Origin: an uncultured Methanosarcinales archaeon | GTDB taxonomy: Archaea > Nanobdellota > Nanobdellia > Woesearchaeales > DSVV01 | Reading direction: 5' to 3' | Assembly: GCA_964385055.1 (NCBI GenBank) | Contig: CAYLMH010000001.1 | Location: 30,111 to 94,110, forward strand | Length of the DNA stretch: 64,000 nt | Part shown: piece by piece, positions 39,793-47,888 of the stretch | Layout of the letters: the number at the start of each line of letters is the position of its first letter | How positions within the stretch are numbered: the first letter of the stretch is position 1 | The notes under the pieces: generated by a model | The model's input: only the letters and a program-made list of their open reading frames with translations | What the model was told of the DNA's origin: nothing | Database searches by the model: none | Made by a program: the position numbers and the translations under genes

Positions 39793-41277
39793 CTATGCGG
39801 ATTTTCTAAAGAAGTGAGCAAGTTCCTGAAAAGTAAGGACACGGAAAGAAAACAAAAAAGAAAAATAAAGAACAGAAAAGAGAAACGCAGAACAAACAAA
39901 CGCAACAAAGCCATAAGGAAGATAATTTTTTGCAAAGAACACAACAGCAGCGCTCAAAATGCCAAAAAGAAACGTAAGAAACCATGTTCGAAGAGGAAAT
40001 GTAAAGGCAAGAAAACGCCGAAGCAGAAATGTTGAGAAGAAAAACAAGAGAAGATACGACGCCATCGTAGAAAATGCAGCGCCGATCATGCCATACAGAG
40101 GAACAAAAAGAAAATTAAGAAGTGCATTAAAAAGAGCAACACCTGCAACAAGAAGCGCCATATGTTTGACTTTTCCTAAACCTGTAAAAATAATGCCATT
40201 AAAGAGAGAGAACGCATAAAAAAATGTACCAAAGGTGAGAAGCTGAAGCGCTGGTGCAGCAGCAATATACGCGCGGTCAAACAAAAAAGAAATCAAAAAA
40301 TCAGGAAAAAGGAGGAACGCAGCAGCGCAGGGAAGGAGAAGAATAAAGAGGTAGATGTAGGAATGCGTGATCGCGCCGGACAACGCCTCATGTTTTTTTT
40401 CAGAAACAAGTTCTGTTGCAAGCGGAGAAAAAACAATAGTCACAGGCCGCATGAAAAAAAGCAGCAAAAGAGAAAGGGGAAGCGCAACATTATACAATCC
40501 AACAGTCTCAAGAGAGGTAAAGTACGTCAAAAACAACGTGTCTGTTTGCGTCAATAAGATCCAGCCAAAATTCGTGAATGCAATGAAGATGCCATAGGAA
40601 AATGCAGAGCGAAGAAGCGCGGGATCAAAGAAAGACGAAATGGAGAGCGAAGAAGGAACAATCTGCGGAAAGAAGCGATAGACATACGAAAAATAACAAA
40701 AAAAGAGAACCAACTGAACAAGCGCATACGCGAGGATCGGGCTCATAAGTCCATTGCCAAGAGAGAGAAGAAGTCCAGAAACAAGAACCACAAATCCCAT
40801 CCTGAAAAAATCAAGTGCAGTATACCATGTTGTTCGCTGAAAGCCGAGGAGCAAGGAAGCAAGGAACAAAATGAGAGGAGTAGTCACAAACCAAATACCG
40901 AGGAGCTGCAATACAGAAACTGCGGCAGGGGTGTGAAAATACGAAAGCGCGATGGTATCCGCAAACAAGAGAACAAGAATATACAAAAGAGCAGAGAGAG
41001 AAAGCTGAAAAAAGAGAATGGAAAAACTGAGTGCGCGAATCTTATCGTATTGTTTTTGAAGGCGAAATTCAACAATGTGTTTTGTTGCAGCTTGTTCCAG
41101 TCCAAGATCAATAAAGAGCATGAAAAAACTGTAAAAAGAAACAACGCTAAAAAATAATCCATAATCCGCGACAGAGAGTGTCGAAGTCAAAAGCTTCCTA
41201 AAAAGATATCCAAGCAAACTTCCTAAAATAATGAAAACAAAAGAAAGGCTTACTCCACGAACAATCCGTTGGTACAT
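39793..41277 (-). CDS. Polysaccharide biosynthesis protein, Wzx-like flippase (MOP superfamily)
   Basis: About 14 TM helices, with an N-terminal YGLFFSVVSFYSF Wzx-like region. Start at ATG 41277. Confidence 0.7.
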   Translation of the reverse strand: MYQRIVRGVSLSFVFIILGSLLGYLFRKLLTSTLSVADYGLFFSVVSFYSFFMLFIDLGLEQAATKHIVEFRLQKQYDKIRALSFSILFFQLSLSALLYILVLLFADTIALSYFHTPAAVSVLQLLGIWFVTTPLILFLASLLLGFQRTTWYTALDFFRMGFVVLVSGLLLSLGNGLMSPILAYALVQLVLFFCYFSYVYRFFPQIVPSSLSISSFFDPALLRSAFSYGIFIAFTNFGWILLTQTDTLFLTYFTSLETVGLYNVALPLSLLLLFFMRPVTIVFSPLATELVSEKKHEALSGAITHSYIYLFILLLPCAAAFLLFPDFLISFLFDRAYIAAAPALQLLTFGTFFYAFSLFNGIIFTGLGKVKHMALLVAGVALFNALLNFLFVPLYGMIGAAFSTMASYLLLFFFSTFLLRRFLAFTFPLRTWFLTFLFGILSAAVVFFAKNYLPYGFVAFVCSAFLFSVLYFSFLFSFRVLTFQELAHFFRKSA

Positions 41278-41742
41278 AAAACAAAAGAACAAAAGTCGCT
41301 ATAAAAAACTTGTGCATGAAAGGATTTTCTATGAAAGAATGCCAACAACAACAATGGCATAGGGAAAAACACGCACCAGAATCGAAAAAGAATCGCTCAG
41401 CAAAGACCTACTACACAATTTATCTATTTTTTATTAAGAGAATGAAAAAAGACAAAGAAAGTAAGTGGAAAGATTTGATGAGAATAATGAAAAAGAAGGA
41501 ACAGCTATCCATGGTTCCCACACAACAGTGCAGTACAACATGGAACGTGGGTGTTCTTGACGGCTGTGTTCGAAATGGGAACAGGTAGAGCCACACCACT
41601 ATGGCCGTTCACGAATATGTGGATAACGGGTTTATTTATAAAGGTTTTGTAAAATCAAAGAAAACGCACCTAAAAAAGAACAAGACAACCCATAGAATCA
41701 AACATCATAACCTATATAAATGCTCCAAAGCCTCTCCGTCTG

Positions 41743-43062
41743 ATGAACATAGCTATTTTTGGGTCAGGATATGTTGGTCTTGTCACAGGAACCTGCCTCG
41801 CAAATTTGGGAAACACCATCACGTGTGTGGACATTGACCAACAGCGAATTGCAAACCTCCAAAAGAATATTCTTCCCATCTACGAACCAGGATTGCAAGA
41901 ATTAGTAACAAAGAACGTACAAGAGAAACGCCTTTCTTTCACCACAGACGCAGCAGCAGCAATCCAGCAATCAGATGTTATTTTCATTACTGTAGGAACT
42001 CCTTCTGATGAATTTGGAAAAGCAAACCTCACTTATGTCTTCCAAGTTGCGGCAACCATTGGAAAACACATGAATAACTACAAAGTAATTGTAGATAAAA
42101 GCACAGTGCCCGTAGGAACAGCAGATCAAGTCCGCGCAATCATCCAGCAAGAACAAAAAGAAAAACATCCCTTTGATCTTGTTTCAAATCCAGAATTCCT
42201 GCGAGAAGGAGAAGCAATTCATGATTTCATGAATCCAGATCGAATTGTCATTGGAGTAGAAGCTGACAGAGCAAAAGAAATCATGACTCGCTTGTACAAA
42301 GGAGTAGAGCGAACAGGAAAACCAATTTTCATTACAGATATAAAAAGTTCTGAAATCATCAAGTACGCAGCAAACGCGTTTCTTGCAACAAAAATCTCTT
42401 TCATGAATCAAATCGCGCAACTTTGTGAGAAAGTAGGGGGAGATGTGAAAGAAGTGGCAAAGGGCATTGGACTTGATCAAAGAATAGGATCCAGATTCTT
42501 GCAAGCAGGAGTTGGATACGGCGGTTCTTGTTTTCCAAAAGACGTTCAGGCATTGACACAAACAGCGCAAGAAGCAGGAATCAGCTTTCCATTACTGCAA
42601 GCAGTGCATGAAGTGAACAACAAACAAAAACAATCACTCCTTCCAAAAATACAAACACTAGTAGGAGATATCAAAGGAAAAACAATTGCCGTGCTAGGAT
42701 TGTCATTCAAACCAAAGACAGATGATATTCGCGATGCGCCATCAGTAACAATTATACAACAACTGCTCAATGCAGGAGCAAAAGTCAATGCGTATGATCC
42801 TATTGCAATGCAACCAATGAAAAAATATTTTCCAACAATAGAGTATACAGAATCAGCGTATGATGCTGCAAAAGATGCAGAATGTATTGTCATCGCTACA
42901 GAATGGGATGAATTCCGCTATCTCGATCTCAGTAAAATAAAACAAAGTATGAAGACTCCTGTAATTGTGGATGGCAGAAATATTTATGATGAAGAGGAAG
43001 TAAAGAGAATGGGTTTCAAGTATGTGGGTGTAGGAAGAGGAAACAGTGAGGACGCACAATGA
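41743..43062 (+). CDS. ugd: UDP-glucose 6-dehydrogenase
   Basis: MNIAIFGSGYVGLVTGTCLA, catalytic GGSCFPKD and a C-terminal UDP-binding domain. Confidence 0.9.
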   Translation: MNIAIFGSGYVGLVTGTCLANLGNTITCVDIDQQRIANLQKNILPIYEPGLQELVTKNVQEKRLSFTTDAAAAIQQSDVIFITVGTPSDEFGKANLTYVFQVAATIGKHMNNYKVIVDKSTVPVGTADQVRAIIQQEQKEKHPFDLVSNPEFLREGEAIHDFMNPDRIVIGVEADRAKEIMTRLYKGVERTGKPIFITDIKSSEIIKYAANAFLATKISFMNQIAQLCEKVGGDVKEVAKGIGLDQRIGSRFLQAGVGYGGSCFPKDVQALTQTAQEAGISFPLLQAVHEVNNKQKQSLLPKIQTLVGDIKGKTIAVLGLSFKPKTDDIRDAPSVTIIQQLLNAGAKVNAYDPIAMQPMKKYFPTIEYTESAYDAAKDAECIVIATEWDEFRYLDLSKIKQSMKTPVIVDGRNIYDEEEVKRMGFKYVGVGRGNSEDAQ

Positions 43063-43988
43063 AAATTCTCGTGACAGGTGGTGCAGGATTTATTGGAAGC
43101 CAGGTCGTTGATAAATACATCGAAGAAGGTCACACAGTCGTTGTGGTAGATTCTTTAGTAACAGGACAGGAAAAAAATCTCCATCCAAAAGCAATATTTT
43201 ACAAATGTGATATCACCTCGCCAGAATTAAAAAATATTTTTGAAAAAGAAAAGCCAGATGTCGTGAATCATCATGCAGCGCAAATGAATGTACGAAAATC
43301 AATTGAAGAGCCGGTGTATGACGCGCAGACAAACGTCCTTGGATTAATTAATGTCCTTTCTTGCGCAGCAGAAGCGAAAGTGAAAAAGTTTATCTTCATC
43401 TCATCAGGCGGAGCAATGTATGGCGACGCGCCAGTGCTTCCCACTCCTGAAGAAACACATCCAACACCGCTGTCTCCGTATGGGCTCGCAAAACACATCG
43501 GAGAGCAGTATGTGCAGCTCTTCCATCGCCTGTATGGAATGTCCTATGTCATTCTTCGATATGCAAATGTCTATGGTCCAAGACAAAATCCACAGGGAGA
43601 AGCAGGAGTTATTGCAATATTCATCGACAATATGCTCAACGGAAAAAAAGCAACAATATTTGGAGACGGACAGCAAACTCGTGATTATGTTTATGTTGCA
43701 GATGTTGTTGCTGCGAATAGTAAGGCACTCACCACAGGAGAAAATAAAATTCTAAATCTCGGAACAGGGAAAGAAGTGTCCGTGCTTGAACTGCACACGA
43801 TTGTGCAGGAAGTTCTGACAACCAATGAAGAACCTCAATTTGCAGAAAAAAGACATGGAGAAGTATTTCGTGGCGCATTGCATTGTAGTGCTGCAGAGAA
43901 TATTTTAGGATGGAAAGCAACCATTGATCTCAAAGAAGGAATTCAGAAAACAGCGCAATGGTTTAAGGAACAGCGAGGCACACCATGA
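43059..43988 (+). CDS. NAD-dependent nucleotide-sugar epimerase (GalE/UDP-GlcA 4-epimerase-like)
   Basis: [20 protein letters not shown] and [11 protein letters not shown]. The start overlaps the ugd stop (ATGA). Confidence 0.85.
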   Translation: MKILVTGGAGFIGSQVVDKYIEEGHTVVVVDSLVTGQEKNLHPKAIFYKCDITSPELKNIFEKEKPDVVNHHAAQMNVRKSIEEPVYDAQTNVLGLINVLSCAAEAKVKKFIFISSGGAMYGDAPVLPTPEETHPTPLSPYGLAKHIGEQYVQLFHRLYGMSYVILRYANVYGPRQNPQGEAGVIAIFIDNMLNGKKATIFGDGQQTRDYVYVADVVAANSKALTTGENKILNLGTGKEVSVLELHTIVQEVLTTNEEPQFAEKRHGEVFRGALHCSAAENILGWKATIDLKEGIQKTAQWFKEQRGTP

Positions 43989-44923
43989 AAACATGCCTTG
44001 TCACAGGAGGAGCAGGATTTCTCGGAAGCCATTTGTGTACATTTCTGCTCGAAAAAGGACACCGTGTCATAGCAGTTGACAATTGTATTACTGGAAATAC
44101 TGAAAATATTGCGCATCTGAAAAATAACACAAACTTCACATTCATAAATCACGACTGTACAAAACCAATAATAATCGATGAATCTATCCACTACGTTCTG
44201 AATTTTGCAAGTCCTGCGTCACCTATTGATTATCAGAAGATTCCAATAGAAACATTGTTTGTGGGTGCATATGGAACCCAGCATGCATTAGATTGTGCAA
44301 AAGAAAAAGGTGCGGTCTTTTTGCAGGCATCAACATCGGAAGTGTATGGGGATCCAGCAATAACGCCGCAACCAGAAACATACTGGGGAAATGTAAGTTC
44401 TACAGGACCAAGAAGCTGCTATGACGAAGCAAAGCGCTATGCAGAAGCGTTAGTCATGGCATATCATAGGAAATACAAAATGGATACAAAAATAGTGCGA
44501 ATTTTTAATACCTATGGACCACGAATGCGAATAAACGACGGCAGAGTTATCCCTACATTTATCAGTGAAGCACTCGAAGGAAAACCATTAACAGTGTTTG
44601 GCGATGGCACGCAAACACGAAGTTTCTGTTATGTGGATGATCTCATCGCAGGAATTTACGCCCTCCTGATTTCAACAATAAATGAACCAGTGAATATAGG
44701 AAATTCTGAAGAGTTCACCATGATTGATGCTGCAAAGAAAATAATCGCGTGTACAGGAAGCAGAAGTACAATCACATTTCTCCCATTGCCAGAAGATGAT
44801 CCAAAGCAGCGATGCCCAGACAGTACAAAAGCAAAAACAATGTTGCATTGGCAACCAAAAATTTCTTTGGATGAAGGATTAAAAAGAACAATCCCTTGGT
44901 TTCAGCAACAGTTAAAAAAGTAA
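43985..44923 (+). CDS. UDP-glucuronate decarboxylase (UDP-xylose synthase, UXS/ArnA-decarboxylase-like)
   Basis: [26 protein letters not shown].. and [11 protein letters not shown] are UXS signatures. The start overlaps the upstream stop. Confidence 0.85.
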   Translation: MKTCLVTGGAGFLGSHLCTFLLEKGHRVIAVDNCITGNTENIAHLKNNTNFTFINHDCTKPIIIDESIHYVLNFASPASPIDYQKIPIETLFVGAYGTQHALDCAKEKGAVFLQASTSEVYGDPAITPQPETYWGNVSSTGPRSCYDEAKRYAEALVMAYHRKYKMDTKIVRIFNTYGPRMRINDGRVIPTFISEALEGKPLTVFGDGTQTRSFCYVDDLIAGIYALLISTINEPVNIGNSEEFTMIDAAKKIIACTGSRSTITFLPLPEDDPKQRCPDSTKAKTMLHWQPKISLDEGLKRTIPWFQQQLKK

Positions 44924-44996
44924 TAGTAAACTATTTCTGACGAGAAAGAGAAAAAACACAATAAAATTTAAAAAGATCAAGACGTAAAAAGAGAAA

Positions 44997-45200
44997 ATGC
45001 CTGTAAAAAAATGTCTGATCTGTGAAGAAGAAGCAAAATTTGCTATCAAAAACACAAAAGACTATTACTGTGAAGAATGCGCGCAAGATCAGTTTGGAGA
45101 CATTTCTTATTTAGTCAAAATTGAAGAAGCAGTCGAACAACAGGAAAAGAATAGAATAGAACAGCTTGAAGAAGAGCAGGAAGTTCTGAAAGAAGAATAG
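44997..45200 (+). CDS. Small zinc-ribbon protein (CxxC..CxxC) with an acidic coiled C-terminus
   Basis: CLICEEE....YCEEC. Confidence 0.4.
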   Translation: MPVKKCLICEEEAKFAIKNTKDYYCEECAQDQFGDISYLVKIEEAVEQQEKNRIEQLEEEQEVLKEE

Positions 45201-45350
45201 TTACTGTTGAACAATCTGTTCTCGAACGTTGAAATTTTTACCGCAATAGACACATTTTTTCTTTTTGCCGAAAAGAGTCCCATCTTTGAGAGGAAGATAT
45301 TTCATACGATGTTTACAGTTGGGGCATTGAAGAAGAAATGTTTGAGGCAT
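45201..45350 (-). CDS. Small C4 zinc-ribbon protein, 49 aa (not in the supplied ORF track)
   Basis: My own translation of the minus strand gives MPQTFLLQCPNCKHRMKYLPLKDGTLFGKKKKCVYCGKNFNVREQIVQQ*. It is convergent with 44997-45200, and its stop abuts that gene's stop. Confidence 0.35.
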   Translation of the reverse strand: MPQTFLLQCPNCKHRMKYLPLKDGTLFGKKKKCVYCGKNFNVREQIVQQ

Positions 45351-45352
45351 AA

Positions 45353-46195
45353 TTATTCCAACGAATGTTTTTTCTTGTGTTTGTGCTGAGGATCTTTTTC
45401 CTGCATTTTCTCTGCGTCTTTTTCATAGCTTGCAACAAAAGAAGCTTCTTCTGGTTTGACTTCATCATCGTCAACCATTTCTTCACGATCAACAGCAGAA
45501 TCTAAGTCTTGTTCCTCTGCACCCTGCGCAACAGCTTCTTGATGAAGCTCACCTGCGTTTAGTTGCGCCTGTTCACTAACTTCAGGAACAAGATCTTCTG
45601 GACTTTTTTCAGGAGAAACAACTTCAGGAAGCTGTGCTTCAGCTGCGCCAGCGTCTGCCGCAGCGCGTGCTTCTTCCAGCTTCCGTTGTGTTTCTTCAGA
45701 TTCCTTAACGTGCGCAAACATTTCGCGCGCAGCTTGTGCGTCACGAAGATCAAAATAATCAAAAAATTTTTGTGTTAATTTGAGCATAAATGTTCTGCCA
45801 TACTTTTCCTTAACAAGAAAACCCATTTTTTCAAGTTCACCAATGTGTTCATACGCTTTATTGGTACGAATCGCAATGACTTCGCTTTGCGTAATTGGCT
45901 GTTTCCATGCAATCACTGCAAGCGTTTCCATCATTGTTTTAGTAAGTTCAGTGTTCGGGTTAATTTTACGAACAATAGAAAGGTATTTTTCTCTGGTCGT
46001 GAGTTTCCAAGAATCTCCTTCTTGGACAATCATGACAGGACTTTCACGATCAGTGTACTCTTTTTGGAGTTCCGCAGTTGCCTCTTTGATTGCGGCTGTT
46101 GAAGCAGGAAGATGAAGTTTTAATTCATCAAGCGTCATCTTTCTTCCGCAAGCAAATAAGAGTGCTTCTATTTGATTTTTGAGCTCATTGACCAT
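45353..46195 (-). CDS. scpB: Segregation and condensation protein B (ScpB)-like with an acidic C-terminal tail
   Basis: N-terminal IEALLFACGRKMTLDELK is a ScpB signature, with tandem wHTH-like repeats. Confidence 0.7.
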   Translation of the reverse strand: MVNELKNQIEALLFACGRKMTLDELKLHLPASTAAIKEATAELQKEYTDRESPVMIVQEGDSWKLTTREKYLSIVRKINPNTELTKTMMETLAVIAWKQPITQSEVIAIRTNKAYEHIGELEKMGFLVKEKYGRTFMLKLTQKFFDYFDLRDAQAAREMFAHVKESEETQRKLEEARAAADAGAAEAQLPEVVSPEKSPEDLVPEVSEQAQLNAGELHQEAVAQGAEEQDLDSAVDREEMVDDDEVKPEEASFVASYEKDAEKMQEKDPQHKHKKKHSLE

Positions 46196-46257
46196 GGGAA
46201 AAGTTAGCTAAAACGAGGTTTATATGTTTTTCGAAGTAAAAAAAGAAAATAAAAAAA

Positions 46258-47343
46258 TTAAACATCCTGCAATCCGCCTTCAGTGACATAGAACGCAACT
46301 TCTGCTTCTGGCAAGTTAGGGCTATCAACCAGTTTTGCAACTCTGCTACCTTTCTTGCCTTTGCGCAAGTAAATTCTAAACGTGCTTGCATGTCCCACAA
46401 TGTGACCACCAATTGCCTGCGTTGGATCTCCAAAGAACTGATCTGGCTTTGACATGACTTGATTCGTCACATAAACACAGATGTTGTAGGTGTCAGCAAG
46501 CTTCAAGAGTGCGTGCATGTGTTTGTTGATTTTCTGCTGTCGGTCAGCAAGTGTTCCTCGCCCAACAAATTCTGCTCGAAAGTGCGCAGTTAAGGAATCA
46601 ACCACAATCAGTTTAACATTCAAATGTTGTTGGGTGATCATCTCTTCGATTTTATCGACAAGCAGCATCTGATGGTCAGAGTTGTATGCGCGACCTACTT
46701 TGATGTTCTTGAGCACTGCATCAACATCCATACCTTTTGCAGCAGCGAGCTGTTTGATTCGCTCTGGTCTAAAAGTATTTTCAGTGTCGATATAAAACAC
46801 AGCAGGATTCTCTTCTCCTTCAACTGCGAGCGCATTGACTGCGAGCATATGCCCAATTTGCGTTTTTCCCGCGCCAAATTCAGCATACACTTCTGTGATT
46901 GCGCCAGTTTCAAAGCCACCTGCCATCATTGCATCAAATCCTTTATGACCCGTAGAGATCTTAACAACGCGTTCTCGTTTCTGCATCACTTGGTCGCCGC
47001 TTTCAAAACCCATGTCCAAATTATCGCGTGCAGCGTTGATGATTTTGCGTGCGCCAGCTTCAGAAATGCCTGTTGCTTCAACAATTTCTCCGGGCGTCGC
47101 AACAGCAATAGCCATCACAGTGCCAAAACCAACTGCGGTTAGTTTTTCAGCAGTTGCTGGTCCAATGCCGGGAAGATCATTGATCGTAATCTGCTTGCCT
47201 GTTTTTTTGATAGGCGCAGCATCCTCAATGTCTCGCTTTTCTTGCTGAAATTGTTCTTCATCGAATCGTTCTTCCATTGTTTCCTCAAATACTTGTTCTT
47301 GTTTACGCATAGGTATCTCCTCCAAATTTATATGTTCTTTCAT
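46258..47343 (-). CDS. radA: DNA repair and recombination protein RadA (archaeal Rad51/RecA homolog)
   Basis: N-terminal HhH (DLPGIGPATAEKL), Walker A (EFGAGKTQ), and ATPase core LLVVDSLTAHFRAEF. Confidence 0.95.
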   Translation of the reverse strand: MKEHINLEEIPMRKQEQVFEETMEERFDEEQFQQEKRDIEDAAPIKKTGKQITINDLPGIGPATAEKLTAVGFGTVMAIAVATPGEIVEATGISEAGARKIINAARDNLDMGFESGDQVMQKRERVVKISTGHKGFDAMMAGGFETGAITEVYAEFGAGKTQIGHMLAVNALAVEGEENPAVFYIDTENTFRPERIKQLAAAKGMDVDAVLKNIKVGRAYNSDHQMLLVDKIEEMITQQHLNVKLIVVDSLTAHFRAEFVGRGTLADRQQKINKHMHALLKLADTYNICVYVTNQVMSKPDQFFGDPTQAIGGHIVGHASTFRIYLRKGKKGSRVAKLVDSPNLPEAEVAFYVTEGGLQDV

Positions 47344-47372
47344 CTAATGTAAAATAAAAAATAAAAAAAGAT

Positions 47373-47645
47373 TTATGCAGCTTCTCCTTCTTCAGCGCTG
47401 TCTTTGTTGAGCACAAGGAACTCATACGCTTTGTTGACAACGACCGCGACTTTTGGCAGGTCATTTAAGCGAAGCGAGCTTGTTGTTTTCCAGGAGCCAT
47501 CTTTATCTTTGTAGCTTCTTTCCAAAGAAATAGTGCTGTACGTTGTTGGTTCTTTCCCTTCAAACTCTTTGCCTGGATTGTTCCAGACAGTTGCAGAGAC
47601 TGCTCCTGCTCTAAATTTCTTTACTGGTCCTTTTTTTGTTTCCAT
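47373..47645 (-). CDS. Small putative ssDNA-binding protein, PC4/YdbC-like fold
   Basis: A 90-aa protein (KFRAGAVSATVWNN...TISLERSYKDKDGSWKTTSSLRLNDLPKVAVVVNKAYEFL) resembling bacterial PC4-like domains. A GGTGG-type SD lies 6 nt upstream, and the gene sits 29 nt upstream of radA on the same strand. Confidence 0.4.
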   Translation of the reverse strand: METKKGPVKKFRAGAVSATVWNNPGKEFEGKEPTTYSTISLERSYKDKDGSWKTTSSLRLNDLPKVAVVVNKAYEFLVLNKDSAEEGEAA

Positions 47646-47888
47646 AGTTCCACCTTCCTTTCGGGTTTTTTTTCAGCAGTGCAAAGTTTGGTGCATTACT
47701 GCACTGGTCTGTCAAACTTCTGCCTGTGGTGTAAGGATATCTATGATCGAAGTTCCTTATATACCTCACAACAGCGTGTCCAGTGGAGGATGTGGGCACC
47801 GTTTACCGAGAATAAAAGCACTGGACAAAGTGATTTGTCGAGTGGAAGAAGAGAGTCCTATAACATCTTCTAAAAAAGCTATACTTAT

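Noticed and set aside
41310-41837. Two small + strand ORFs (92 and 78 aa) in the flippase/ugd divergent intergenic region
   Set aside because: They are Lys/Arg-rich low-complexity translations of an AT-rich promoter region, with no motifs. The second overlaps the ugd start in another frame.
45207-45389. 60-aa + strand ORF
   Set aside because: It is replaced by the 49-aa minus-strand C4 zinc-ribbon ORF at 45201-45350, which has a far more protein-like sequence.
47760-47830. RNase P RNA / SRP RNA in the GC-elevated intergenic region (GGUAAACGGUGCC on the minus strand looked vaguely like P4/CR-IV)
   Set aside because: It has only a short, inexact resemblance. None of the other universally conserved RNase P regions (CR-I GGAAAGUCCGGGC, CR-V) or SRP helix-8 motifs are present. 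The region is too short for either RNA.
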